A stretch of 64,000 nucleotides of DNA from Phallusia mammillata (lineage: Eukaryota), in assembly GCA_965637545.1 (NCBI GenBank), contig OZ281494.1, positions 17,298,001 to 17,362,000 on the forward strand, read 5' to 3'. Of this stretch, positions 1 to 34,400 are shown piece after piece. Under the pieces are notes generated by a model that made no database searches, had not been told where the DNA came from, and worked only from the letters and a program-made list of their open reading frames with translations. Position 1 is the first letter of the stretch. Each line of letters begins with the position of its first letter. The translations under genes and the position numbers were made by a program.

Positions 1-550
1 AAGGTTTCTGTAAAAACACTTTATGTGGTAGCAGTTCACAACATTCACAGTTCTGCATAAAAATGTCAAAAGTGTGGTGTATAAGCTAAATAGATTTATT
101 TACAAAGCCAGGCTTGGAGAGACAGTCACACATGTGTTAATGGACTTCTTCGCCTTAAACACAATTGTATGCGTTCGGCATGGTGAAAAAACAGAGAACA
201 ATAATGTGTTGTACATATAACGTTAAAGGTTTATTTAAACCAATGTGGGCACATAAATCCTTGTGCATATCCCGCAATCACAAAAGTACAGAAACCTAAT
301 CCAAATAAAAAGTTTGATAAGAAAAGCTTGTACAAATTCATCTTGATCATAATCTCTAGCTCAATTTTGTCCAAACAGGGCAATTTTTAAATTTTTAGAT
401 AATTTTCCAGCGAAACCAACATCATCCAACTTAAAATCCAGTTTATAAATAGACCCATAAAACCACAAGCAACGTACATTCCACAGAATCGATAAATGGC
501 AGTTATTTAATCGATTTCAACCGTAAAACATGTAACCTTCATGTCGTTAC

Positions 551-20682
<20,132 letters not shown>

Positions 20683-23600
20683 ATTGCATTGGCAAAAGAA
20701 ATCCCAGAGACACAATCAAAAAAATCCAGCCAGGTTTTGTACACTGTTAAAACTGCATGTAAATGTGCTCATTCCCTAACCAATATACATATTTGCTGAT
20801 TCGCAAAGTGTATTTCTTGTTTGGCCAGTAAAACTTACAGCAAACTACAGTTGTACTTTTATTAGTTTTTTATCAACAATCTGCAAAATGTATACTCTTG
20901 TTGACGCCTATTTTATGAACAAATTAAGACATACTTCAACACATCACAACAACACATGAGTAGCTAAGCCGCGTGAAGATATCAAGTTTCCTTTCAAGCA
21001 AACGCCGAACCTAAAACAAGCCGGCATCAGACTTTCATCAACGACGACCACTTTAACGTTGTGATTTGGTTTGTAGGAATCAGACCAAAAGAGAAAAAAG
21101 AAAACCGACAACACAAATGCGTTTCGTAAGCGACACCATCTGGAAGTAAAAACAATTTTAATTGTTACTAGAGGACGCTATTCTACAGAAAATTAAATAT
21201 ATTTTCTCGTCACCGGTCATATTTATGTTGGAAACTTAACGCAATATACGGCTTCGTAAAATTATAAAATCCTTTTAGCAGGTTTATTTTCGGATTCCTA
21301 AATAAAGAATACCACAATCGGCTTAAAGGTGTGCTTTCATTAGCGTTGACTTTAACAGACAATTGTCTTTAAAGGATAACGGTTTCTCCTGTATAAAATG
21401 TTGTTACATTTTGGGAAATGTTGGTTGTAAAAAGCAATAGAAAAGATGATTTATTACAGCAATTTCTCAAAGGTAACAGCATTTCTCAACACATAAGTTA
21501 TATACTTTCGTTGTTTTTTAAATAGTGTAGAGTCAAATATAGCCCAACAAGGGAGTCCAACCCTGATGCTTGACATGTAGCCTAGGCTAGGTTCTGATTC
21601 AGTTTAGTTTTTACAAAAACATGTTTTCAGGTTCGGATCTTGTGCAGTTTGGGCAAAATACCCAACCCGAACGGGTTTGCAGTTTTTGAGTCGATTTAAG
21701 TCCACTGAAAGCAGTTTATACATATAAATGGTTAATATCTCACTTTCCACATGAAGTGTAGGCCTAGCCTATATGTTTGTGGGGAAAAATATTTGTAGCC
21801 TAGGCCTATATTTGTTTGTTTGTTTGTTTCATTTTTATCCTCGTTGGGCGGGCAACGCCTGAATGCGTTATGCTCACAATGAGTCCGCCGTCGAGCTCCT
21901 GTTTTTATTGCAAGTCCGTTGATAATTTTTTATTTGATTTTTTCAATTTTAGGCAGTTGGTGACTTCAATTATAAAAGCGCGATTTCATAAAAAATGTTT
22001 ATTTGCACTTGTTGGCAACTCTAGAAACCTTTACGTGGCTGACAACGCAACCGCATTAATCTACTCGGAGAAATTCATCGCCGATAAAAAGTTTTAGCAT
22101 TCATTACTATTTTAACATAAACCAAATATGTTGTTCTATACTAATAACTTTGGTGGCGGTAATTGCATGGAACAATACATGAATTCTCCACTGGTTTGGT
22201 TCTGTTTCGCATATTTCCAAAATGTAGCCTAATAGGCCTCGTCCATTTTTTTGCTTATCTCTGGCGACGGAATTTTCCTCTTTTACGTTGCCTCAACGTC
22301 GGCCGTTGTAGTGAGTTCAACTCCACGCAGTGCAGGTTTTTAAGAAAATGTAATTTGCAGTTGGGGTCGGTTCAGGTTTAATGAAAAAAAGTCCTTATAG
22401 GCGTATCACTGTTATAGATCTGTGTGAAAAATCCTTTTATATCGTCGTCAAACGTTTTCGTCTTTGCAATCAAGAATTAAAAAAGTACAAAGCCAAAGGC
22501 GATACAGCAAACTGGCATCGCGCATTGAAAAAGATACCTAAATTTCGGATTTCCTAATGGAAATTGTAGCCAAGTAAAACAATGGGCCGATTAGCCATTG
22601 ATGTGTGATGTAAGTCGCTATAATAGAGTTAAAACAATAGCCGCGTGAGCTCGAATAATCGTGTTCGCACACTTTCAGCACGCTTTGCGTCCGGCTTCGA
22701 GTTACATCATATCCGCCGGCACCGGCGTTTTAACGGCGAAACACATCCAAAGTTCGATTTTCACACTTAAATGTCGGCGTTGAGTCACATATGCCATAAC
22801 CATGCGTGATTTGTGTATGGTACATTTTTGATTTGGATCAAAAACAAGGAAAATAAACAATTTGTGTCCTGACAACATATACTTAAAATTGGCCAATCAG
22901 GTGTGCAAACCAATCGGAGTTTATCTAGCCCACAATGAAAATGTAAGGCCACTGCACAAAAAGCGGTAATCTAATCATTCACGTTCAGCATTTTGTTGAT
23001 GATTTGTTGGAAAAATCTGTTCAATTCTAGCCTAAGAAATGTCTTGGAAAACATCTTTAAAAACGGGTAAATTCTAGGAATTGTCTTTTTTTTGTCCGCC
23101 TAATATTTTTCAATTACCAACTCTTTAGAGCCTTGACGTCGCCGTATAATAACACCAGCAGAGGTGCAAACAAATAAAGCTCTTCAGCAGGCAGCGTGTG
23201 TGCATTTTACGCGCGATTACAATTCCGTTATTACGAGGAAACGCACAATGCTCGTTCGTCGCATGCACGGCGAGTTAATTGTGCCATCAAAGCAGCCCGG
23301 TGTTCGGTAGTTCGTTTCCTAAAGGCCGTTGCGTAGCCGCAGAATCACAGTACGTTTATACATTCAGTCGGAACAAAGGTAGAGTCATAGCTGAAACACC
23401 TGTGCAGCAGTTCTGCAGTGACGCAATATGTTATCTGGGTGAGCACTACAGTCAGACTCATCGGTTCGTCGTAAGGCTGCGGGAAGTTTTTGAGCGAAAT
23501 CGTCGATTTGCAGTGAGAGTACAGCGGATTGAGTCACGATCCCAGCGGTGTGAAATAAGACACACGACGAATCATAGAAGCACCCGTAAGACAGGTGGAG

Positions 23601-26600
23601 CTTGACGAATGGCATTTTATCATAGCATATACGGAACAGGAGGTTGGTGGATGTTACTAACATTTCTCCTTAGTCTACAATTTTCGGATGATTAATATTT
23701 GTAAATGTTATTGCGGTATTACCAAACATGGTGGTCAAATCAATAGAACAAATCGTTTTGCTTTTATTTTCGACATACAAAAGGAGCGTGCTACTTTCCC
23801 CACAAAATAAAAACGAGCGACTTTACGTAATGGCTCTTAAGTTATGGAGTATGGACTTTAAAATGCTTGACCTGAAAGAAGCATCCAGTAAATATTTAAT
23901 TTAACGGTGTAATCTCAAAAACGCTTTCTTTAAATGAAAGGATTTTCCCGTAATTAATATTAGTTTATGCGTTAATTTTCTTAGTTATTGAGGAACACAA
24001 AATTAAAATTCGACACCTGGATGAGATTTTTAAGCAAAAAAGTGAAAGTCAAATTTGACCACTTTGTGGATTGAACATATAGTATAGGTATTTTTAAACA
24101 CATCCATGAAAACAAATTAGTGTATTTTCGCTGCTGTTAAGGTAGTAAACGTTTTGTGCAACGGTTATAAATCTTGCAAATTGTATTGGTCAGTAATTTC
24201 GTTTCGATGCTCACTTTTCAAACGGTTTTAGTTTTCTTTGTATGCGGCAGAAAAAAAACGCACCATTTTATGCGATTTCGACATTTTATTGCGGTACAAA
24301 GAGCAACAAAACAAATCGACGGCTAGATATAAACAGAAACTAAACAGTCGCAACTATGGGGCAGAGCAACCGGAAACGAACTGTGTACATCAACACTTGT
24401 AGGTATACACGGCCAGCGGCGCAGTTCTGCGAGCTCGTTGCGCAGTGACTCACACAAAACAATGAATAACTGTGGAGTGTTTACGGTTGCAGAAGCACAC
24501 GCAAACAAACTTGCCACCATGGTGTGTTTGTTTTTTGTTTTTTTGCCCCGATCTGTTCTACATGAACACCAAAACTACACCATAAACAGTAGCAATGTGA
24601 AAAAGCAAACTTGACTAGCGTTTGTTGACTTTTTTCAGTTACTGGGGATGAGGATCATTATCTTGCCCACAGGCTCGCCTTTGCCAGCCAAACTGACGTC
24701 ATGGATTTGTCAAGGATCACTCGGCAACGGGAGGCGGAAATTGCATCATCACTTATCAGATATGCGCCACCCAGAGGTGGGTCAACGTTGTAGATGTAGA
24801 GTATCGTATATTTGTTCACTCACTTTAGGAGTAAATCAGACGAGACGTTGTACAGAATCGCGCGTTGCTGATAGGTGTCGCCCTTGAGTCAGGTTATGTC
24901 AGCTCGACAGAAAACAGCTTAGTTTGAAGAGTATAAAATGTTGCGATATTAAGTAACGAAAACTTATAGTAAGATTTGCCTAGAAGTTTACACAAAATAT
25001 TTGTCAATAAATTATTTGCTGCAATGCGCACACATTTCAATTTGTAAGTATTTCGATTTTTTTAGAACTCTCTTATACATCACAGAGTAAAATAACACAT
25101 TTTATTATGATTGTATAATAATTATAATTCTACTACATTTAAACTTGTTTATCCAATGTTGAACCCGTGGGCCAATCTGCCTGACAAATTCCCATTCCGA
25201 GATATTCTTAATCCACACGCAGATCACAAGCAAGAGAAAAGCATGATTCATGACAATTTTATAGAATTTTCTTAGAAATTTTCGACCTCCCCAGCACATT
25301 CGTAGAAAAGAGACCTTTCGCGATGCGACTTTACAAAAACCGCCATTTCATTGCCGTCCTGTGTGTCAATGACCTTTTGTAGAAGCCTGGAAAATGTAAC
25401 TAATGAGAAACAACAGGCTGCCTTTGGTCTGATGTGCGTTTTAGACGAAGCACACGGTTTAAAGAGATAATTTGCGTTGTGGGCATAATGGTTGCTCCGT
25501 CATATTAGAATTGGTTATTTGAGGGAGGACTATAAAAATTGATTGTTAATATTGGTGATTGGAGTGATATGTTTATTTAATTGCACCACTTGTTTTGTAT
25601 TTAAGATTCAGATTTAATTCCTGCCAATTTTTGACCTAAGTTTTAAATAATCGTGTTATTTTGGCTTTCAACTTCAAATCTATCGCATTAGTAATTTCAC
25701 TTACCACGCCCGAAATAGCATGCGCATAGGGATTGATATTGTTAAAATTGGTATTGATTCCCTGCATCCAATCGCAAATTCCGTGGACTTTTAGATTGTT
25801 TTGAGGGTCTGTCTTCCAAATTGGTATATTCGATAAACATATAACTGCCTAATTCGGACTTTGCACAAGCGGGGTTTGCTAAAATAACATTACTGGGGTG
25901 TTGAACGAAAAATGTTAAAACTCCCGCGTAACCAAGATGAAAAGTTTTCCACGTGACGCAGTTCATTACAAGGGAAAAATTGCGTTCCCGACCAACCACA
26001 CAGTAGTCTCTCCCGATTGTAATATGGTAAACCTGTAATAATATGGAAACTTTTCCTTAAACTTCACGACGGGTGGTCTTGTGATTTCCACAACAAATCC
26101 AAAACAGACCCACTTTCGTTACGCAAAACGTCAAAGTTGTTTGTTGTTTGATTTCTGCCGTTACCCTCGTCTCCATGTCCCACCAGTGCGTGAGGTGATT
26201 TGTGGACAAAAGTAACTTGACACAGTCCTTTGTGTGCTATATGACAGAGCCACACACGTACCTGCGGCGTGTCACGTGCTGTGTGTACAATGGCTAAACG
26301 TCACAATGGAATCAGCTGATTAAGTTTGCCGTGTCAACTTTTCATGCCAAAAATAGTTCACCAGCAGCGTTGACGAAATATCCAAGTTCGGCAAGTCAGC
26401 TGTCGAAGTAGTGCCGATTTTTCTAGTGTTTACACGTTACCATACACACTATTAAAGCATTACACCATATGTTTGTCCGGTCATATAGCTACGGGAAAAC
26501 AGAAATTTCCTGCGCTCGGAGACAGATTTAGGCTACAATCACTTGCACAATACAGATCAAAGCGTACGTTATTGCATCCCTGGTGAATTTAGATCGCCGT

Positions 26601-27864
26601 TATCTCATGCGTTTGCCATGATGGCTTTTTGGTTAACATAATTGCTTGAATTATAAACGGATGTTTCTGCTAGGGGAGTTAAAATGGCAGATGTGCTTTC
26701 AAAATTGTGGTATCATGGGAACAGAAATTCAAATTTAGGCAATAATGTTTAGCTTTTTGACAGTAAAATGTTTTGGCGCTAAATTTTTCTACATTTTTCT
26801 GTACCAAACAAACACGGCACTGCTGCCCAAGACATCAAATTGAACGAACAAAACAAAAGGGCTTGGACAATGTATTTTCAACTCGTTGAACTTGTATTAG
26901 CCGAGCACAAAGACAGCAACAAAAATCCAAAACTGCAGACAAACATACATTTCAGATAATCGCTACATAAGCGGGAAGATAAAATTGGTAGTCAGTTTTT
27001 CTGGCTCATGTTGCGGTAAGAGTTGACGTTAATATAACACCCGAGGCTTGTATGGCGTATGAGCAACCACTTTATGACATATTTGTGAACAGACTTATGC
27101 GCAACTGACATCAGCTCAACGACTAAACGATCGAACTACGCGCGTATGTATCGGATTTTGTAGCTTCGTCAGCAGCCAAGCAAAGTGGCCTAAATAAAGA
27201 TTTAGACCAGAATACAAAATGAACTATGCGGTTAATCACAGGTGGAAGCGGCTTACTAAGCAAATTCTACACTTGTTTTTAACTAAATTGTTGTTTTGTT
27301 GGTTTTGATTAGAACTCCCTCAAACTTGACACTGGAAAACAGAACTAGTGAAAAATAGTAAATATGTTTGCCGAATGTTGTAGAAAAATGGTCGTTAAAA
27401 ATATTCGACAATCATAGCACTGAATTTATTTTTTAAATTGTTAGTTTTTTTATCTCTGTTGTGTTAATTGTATAGTGGTGACTTCAAAATCAGCAAAATC
27501 AATTGCTTCCTCTTACCGCTAGCATTGCATCACTTCACACGTGGAAACAAAACCACAAATACCAACCGCATCGAATTTACGAGTTCGACCAACTCAGTTT
27601 CGTCTTCCCTGCGTGACTTGGGTTTGATATTTACGTAATATTTACTTTGCCTGGTGCCGGTCGACATTAAATAAACAAGAAGTTTGCACTGCGCGTTAAT
27701 CCGCCCGCCTATACGCACCAAGGGAACTGACACTACGATAAAGCCGCTGTATGCACACAAATAAAAGTTTACCCGAAATATAACATGACATACGGACAAC
27801 AGGTCGTTGTTGCGTATTTCACCACGTGTTTCCAGTAATTTTTACTCTGGTAAACCGTACAACA

Positions 27865-27972
27865 AGTCCTTTTTTTAAAAGAGCCTTATGTAACAGTTTG
27901 ACAAAAGTGTTACATAAGGCTCTTTCAAAAAAGGACTTTGCCTTATGTAACACTTGTGTCAAACTGTTACAT
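27865..27972. repeat. Long inverted repeat (~30-bp arms, 12-nt loop) followed by an inverted third copy of its core
   Basis: aaagagccttatgtaaca (27878-27895) pairs perfectly with tgttacataaggctcttt (27908-27925), and the stem extends to agtcc...ggact. 27940-27972 repeats the core in inverted orientation with one mismatch. Confidence 0.85.
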
Positions 27973-30900
27973 CATAAAAACCAAACCCGTGCCAAAATAC
28001 ACCTGTTTTCTCCTAAATTAAAACCAAAGACCTGGCGCAAGAAACTGACTGCTAACCTTTATGCTTGCGTTTGCCGCTGTCGTTGCTGCTATTCTAGGTT
28101 GCACCAACGACCTGCCCGCGTACTGAACTTGACGCAAATGCGTGAGGACGCAAATGGCGTTGACGCTTCGTCTAAGTTCACAGCCTCGGGCGTTTGTCGT
28201 GCTACACGATCATATACGCTTGTAAGCTATTGTCACATACCGCAGGTGCCTACAAATTGCGCCAAAATAACTCAGCTTCGAAGGCACATGACGTTTCATA
28301 AACCTGCAAGGTCATTCCAGACTCCTAGTACCAAAAACGATTTTTTTTTCAGTTTTCGGCATTTTTTAACATAACTGCTGGTATCACAAAACAGAAAAGG
28401 CCATCTGTGTATGCACTTGCATAAGGACATTTTATCAAAACATGTTTTTGCTACAGTAAGTTCTGATAAAACAACTAAAATAAAAGATGTACAGGCAAGA
28501 AATATATTCGTTCGTTTTGTACAACGTGATGACGCTAACAAGTTGTTTCATAGGGATTATGTGTACCTCCACGATAATTCACAAATAGTTTGCAAAGCTT
28601 TAAATTTTGAAGTAAGCAATACTTCAATCCTAAAAATGAATAAACTTTGTTTTCAAGTGCAAATGTAGGTGAACGCTGTTTACAACTGCAAATTTTTTAC
28701 AACAATTAACAAAAACACTTTGATAACAAATAAAATTCCCGGTAACAAAACCAGCCTGTGATGTCACGTAATACGTCACCCACGATCAGAGTGCAGAAAC
28801 CGCGACCCAGACACTCTCAGCGCCGCGAACTTTCTCTTCAACCAGGGGCTTCCCCTCGTCGTCGCACAGCATAGTGACGTTGACGCACGTGCGTCGTCAT
28901 GCATGGCTTGTGTCGGTGGTTTTGACGCAGACAATGCAAGCCTGCGGCGATGCGACGCAAACGTTAAGGTTACGTGCGTAGAATGCGGGAAAACAAGTTA
29001 TGACGCTGGGAAGGCGTATTTGTGATACGCAGTTGCATTTTTAAGAGAAAATCTTTTTAATCGGCCCTAAATTTAGCTAAAATGTTTTTTTAGTTACTTT
29101 GTAATTGATGGGGATTTTTGTCGCGTTGTCCGCTTTTGGGTCATATTTGTAGCTAACTATATAGGCGGATGAGTAAACAAACAGCCAAATCGGGTAACTT
29201 TGCTTGCAATCCGCTGGATACCTCGCATGTAGAATGGATACTTCGCACGTAGAATTTCGCAGAACGTCGTTTTCTCCCGTTCATACATAATTAAACAGCT
29301 AAAACATCGACGTGCATGCAGTTCGTAACATCAGTAGACATGAGGCCAGATAGGGGTAACGCAGCGACCAGTTTGCCTTGACATTTTGGCAATGGCATTT
29401 GGCATCCGGCCGCGTTTACGCAGGAAGTCGCAAATGTCACATCACCTTTAATAACCAAATATTGCTTTTCGTCGCAGTGTACAGTTAAAAACTATTTATA
29501 TCTCAATCCTATAACTTGATTGTCGATTTTCGACCACAAATCCCTGCTGTGGTAACGTTACCAAAACGAGCCAGGCCATACTTTTTTAAGACAACCTGAC
29601 CACAGCATGACGATGCAAAATTCTTGTATTGGAAATATATTCTCCACTATAAAGAATATAAAAACGAAACCGCCAAAAAAGTCAAGTGAACACGCCTTTA
29701 ACACTTCATGATTGCAACTTACTTCTTTGAACCATGTGATTTGCCTAACAGTTTAACATAATTGCCTGTGTATTTCGGGAGTAGACTCGTTTGTGTACTA
29801 TTATTACACGGGGTTGACCTTTTCCTCGCCTCATTTAAAACATTGAAAATGCGGTTATTGAAGCCGTTTATATCCTAAAAAAATTGTCTTGGTTAAATTG
29901 ACCTGGAAAGGGTGCAAAGTAAAAAAAAGCGCAAATAAACGAAAGTTATTGATGTTTTTTTGTTTAATCCTGAATGACCATTTTCCCCCGGTAGGTTTTC
30001 GTTAAAGATAAATATGTATTTTTCATTGAATAAATTGCGTCAACAACTTGGAGTGTAATAGATATTTTGCACAATAATCCTAACATCAAATCGACCAAAA
30101 TATTCGGCACATAACGGAAACAAGAAAACAGCTAATCCAAAGATGATTTTTAAATGCCATAAAATGCAACAATTGGCTCTAATGTGGGCCTACGAAATTA
30201 TCGTCGAGCAAAAACGCATTGAGGCGAGTGAGGACTTCGTTTTCCCACTCCAGCTCTTCCCTGTTCCTACTCCTCATTATTTCTCCCACGGGGCACTTAC
30301 GTAAGTGCGTAATGACGTTGACGCAAATACGTCGCCACGCTCTGCTTGTTCTCCAAAGGTCTTACGCACGCTGGTATCGATGCGACGCACGCGCCTCGTC
30401 CATTTTCGCGAGCGATTCGACTTTTTATAACTTGACCCGATTGTTTAATATTAGATTTCTTTGGAGCCATCAAAATAGATATTTGCATATTGTTGGTGAT
30501 AAAAACAAATAAAATTTTATTGTGATGGAAATTCATTTTTGTCTCGATTGTTTTGTTTTCAAAAAAAAAACTAAATTATTTATCAGTTGTATATACATGG
30601 CTATTAGTTGACAACATATGATACACTCACTTGTCAATCCACATAATTACCAAATAAAACTGCAGTAATTTTATTTGGTAATAATTTGGATTAGTTTGTT
30701 TATCTTTGCTCGTTTACCACAGTAGGGTTATCAGATCGACATTTACTCACGGACGATTAAACAATATTATCGGCGTTTGGAAAAATTTCCATAGTTGATG
30801 TCAGTTGGTATTTTTAGCATCCTGCAAACTTTTTTGCACCGCCAGACATTCAGACACTCGAAAAGCGACATCGTCGCAATTGTTCTGAACAAAAAACTTA

Positions 30901-31092
30901 CGGCGCTTGTGTGGACGTTGCTACGAAACGAGGGCGTGCGTCTCGTTTTGCGCCGGTATGGAGAAAATGGTCCGATGTTCTCTCGCAGAACAGTGACGTG
31001 CTTGGTTTTCTACACTGCGTAAAGAGCGCCGTCGTGTGCGTCACCGAATTCGAGAGCGCACGAGAAAAACGCACCTGAAAACTTCGACGTCT

Positions 31093-31165
31093 TATATAAA
31101 GGTGCGCCGGAGCCTTCGTCAGTTGTTCAAGTGTCAATACAGGTCCATAGCTCAAGGATGAGTCA
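31093..31165 (+). promoter_or_regulatory. Fos core promoter: TATA box, Inr-like tcagt and downstream AP-1 site
   Basis: tatataaa at 31093-31100, tcagt about 25 nt downstream, TGAGTCA at 31159-31165; about 380 nt upstream of the Fos ATG. Confidence 0.6.
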
Positions 31166-31380
31166 TACGTTAAGCGGATGTACGTTACTGCGTAGGAGGA
31201 TAGGATTTTACCGGAATGCTGGCAGGTGGAGCTAGAGAGCAGATAGTATAAGAGTTGTTACGTCACAGTGGGACATTACCATAAAACGCTGTGTCATGGA
31301 TTTAAAAGCATTTGTTTTTCAACCGGATATTCTTATTTTCGCAGGACCAAATATTTACTTGATTTCTGATATACTGTACA

Positions 31381-31414
31381 TTTGCAATACTGATCTGTTT
31401 GCAATACTGATCTG
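31381..31414. repeat. Perfect 17-bp tandem duplication in the Fos 5' leader
   Basis: tttgcaatactgatctg x2 (31381-31397, 31398-31414). Confidence 0.85.
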
Positions 31415-31471
31415 AGGCAAAAATTGTTTATTCCGAGCAAAACACGTGATTGTTTCATGATAGGCGTTGGT

Positions 31472-34400
31472 ATGTTTCAAGAACTGAGCCAGGTCTATGG
31501 CGAGAACTGCCCGACCACTCACCAACAAAGCTTCGAAAGCGATGAAGGATTTCAGACCCAGGCAGGATACAATGTTAATCAGGTAGGCAAACTTGGAATG
31601 GGCGAATTTCAAACAATTCTAGAGGTCAAAATTTTCTTTTCGAGACGTTAAGTTTGTTTAATTACGACCTAGCGTACCCAACATGAAGTATAAGCATTAG
31701 GAGTGCACTTCAATAGGACTTCGTCATTAGTAGGTAGTTTACGTGACTTCTAGGGTCCATTTTCAAGTATAAGAACTGTCTGACGAAATTCGTTGTCAAA
31801 AAAAGTTCTTTTCTCCCACGAAAAGGATTTCCGATGATTTATTTTTTTGCAAAATCATCTCAAATATAAATATAGTGGGTGGGCAAAAGTGTCTTCGATT
31901 TTTTTGGTCCCCGAAAGTGAAGATGTCCGCCTACATTATTTAAAGCGAGATCAACTATCGCCAGTTATCAATTCTCATCATAAACAAAGAACAAATACGT
32001 TGAGGAAAAACATTTTAGGCACTCGATATTTGGCACGTGACTCCGCCTCGAACGTTCCGCGAGAAGATGTTTTTCGTCAAATTCTCTCGTCTACCTTTTT
32101 CCCCACGCGCTAGCCCATAAACACTCTTCCAGAGCATACGTTTAGGCAGAGTAGCAGTATTGCTCGACCAGAGAGGTTAAGAGAGCTTGTTTACGACTTT
32201 TATACTTCGTGAAGTTGTTTGTCACCCGCCGTATCAACGCAAGTGGATTAAAAGATCGACAATCGATCGGCCCTTTACAGTAAGAGGAAATTTTACCGCA
32301 AATTGAAACAACCGATAGAAGAACACACTTCAAAGGTAGATTTCACTCAAGTCAGCGTTTCGGAGTTTTGAAATCCCTTGACGCACTAATTGGATCGTTT
32401 TGCGGTGCTTTCCCATGACGTCATGGCGAAAAGATAAAAAAACTGTTTTAGTAGGTTAGGTCACGAGGTATTTTGTTCGTAAAAGGCCAGTTGCGCAATT
32501 CAGGAGGACTATGTGTACGGCGAACTGAGGTGTTGTTTTGTGCGCTAAAACTCGCGGACATATTATTGCGACAAGTCGAATTGCGTTTAGGCTTAAGGCG
32601 ATACTAGAGTTGTAGTTTGTCTCAATGATTGCAAAAGCCCCCCTTTTCAGGAAACCAGGTCAGGTCCTTGAACCGTTGGTACGAGTGTACTTGCGATATA
32701 GCCCCGTCGATTGTTTTGTCCGGTCATCAAGCCGTACAATTGACATTGTAATCACGTGTAAATTAACAACTTTGTCAATGGGGGCGAGCCGCCAGTTACA
32801 GAAAATAATTATGGTAAAAAGGAGAAAAATGGAATTCAAAGTTTCACGAGGAGCCACAAAATAATCCAAATCACGGTTTATATCCGTACAGTGGGACCCT
32901 CAATGAGGGCGCACCACCTTTCTCTTTTGCATTGTTGAAAAGGTATTGACGTCACAAAGGCTGTAATTACGTCGCTGTAATCGCGCACGAGGCTCTTCGA
33001 GTTCACGCTGCGCCCAAGCTTGTTATTGGCCCTTAGCTGTAGACAGCTAGTGAACTTCTGGGAAGGCGATTACGCAACTCGCGTGTGGAATTAGGGTGAC
33101 CGCCCTTGTAACGTTTAGAGCTGTGAACTTTCCACTTTTGGAATGCGGAAGTATAAGTTTTGTTTTACGCCCCATGCATTTCATGAATGACTTCCTCGCG
33201 TACGTTGGAATGTGATTAGTCACGCTGGTGCTATTTTGTTTTGCGTATCGCCGGTGAAACCTGACACAAAGTCCGTGGCGTAATTTTCTCACGAAAAACT
33301 GCTAAATAAATATATCTTCTCGCTAAAGTTTTACGACTTATGTCTTGATGTTGGTTAACTGACTCAAACCAAACTTTACATGTAAACAACAAGCTAATCA
33401 TTATCTATTTTTTGTTTGCGCAGGGCTACCGATCTTACCCGTACGAAGGAGTTCCGGAAGCCAATATTTCAACTCATCAGTTTTCGTCATCGTCGCCGGG
33501 CGATTTCGGAAGCTCGGGCGACATTCGCCATCTACAACAACAGCAGCAGCACCAGCAAATGGTCGGGGTCCAAGGAGCATACGGTGAACCGCAAAACCAA
33601 GCTCAAATGCCCGTTCCTCATCCTCACGACCTTCCATCAGTGATCAGCCGTCCCGATCTTCAGTGGCTCGTCACAACCAGTAACGTAGACATTCGAACCT
33701 TGACCCCACCGAGCACGGTGTCGTCACCACACGTGGGTCTTCCCCCTCTGTATCACAACCAACCCTCTTCCCCCCACCAAATCGGACATCACATGATCGA
33801 TGACAACTCCACGTCATTGGCCACCATCTCGCATCACCAAATGCACCCGAGGTTCCAGGGTGTCCAGGAACCACCTCCACTGCAACGTATGCAAAAGAGG
33901 GGCGCTACAACTGCCACTGGACAGCCAAAGCCGAAAGGAACACCTGGACGCAAACGAAAAGTCCCTGACCACGATGTAAGTTAAATATGGACTTTGAATT
34001 TTCTATGTGGCACAATTACGATGTTTTGTCTGAATGACTTAAAATAAATAAAAAAATGCTATAGATGACAATCAATCTAACTTTTACTTGTTTTGGTTTA
34101 GTTATCACCTGCCGAAGCTACAAAACGTCACATTCGTCGCGAGAGAAACAAGGTGGCCGCAGCCAAGTGCAGAAATCGTCGACGTGAGCTTACTGACCGT
34201 CTTCAGGGAGAAACCGACCAGTTGGAGGAAAGCCAGAATATTCTGCACCAAGAAATCATGACCCTGCAGCAAGAGAAGGAACACCTCGAATTCATCTTGG
34301 CAGCTCACTCATCAAACTGCAAGGCTGGAATCGTTCCCGATGTCAGCATGATACAACATGAAGACCATGGTATGATGCAAGATTCCTCTTCCGTACCATC

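Noticed and set aside
1-540. Next PLEKHH FERM exon (expected ICD.ISKWE)
   Set aside because: No matching reading frame found; it probably lies beyond the left edge.
27826-28374. 182-aa ORF
   Set aside because: Non-ATG start, no recognisable domain, and it runs through the inverted repeat and regulatory-looking DNA.
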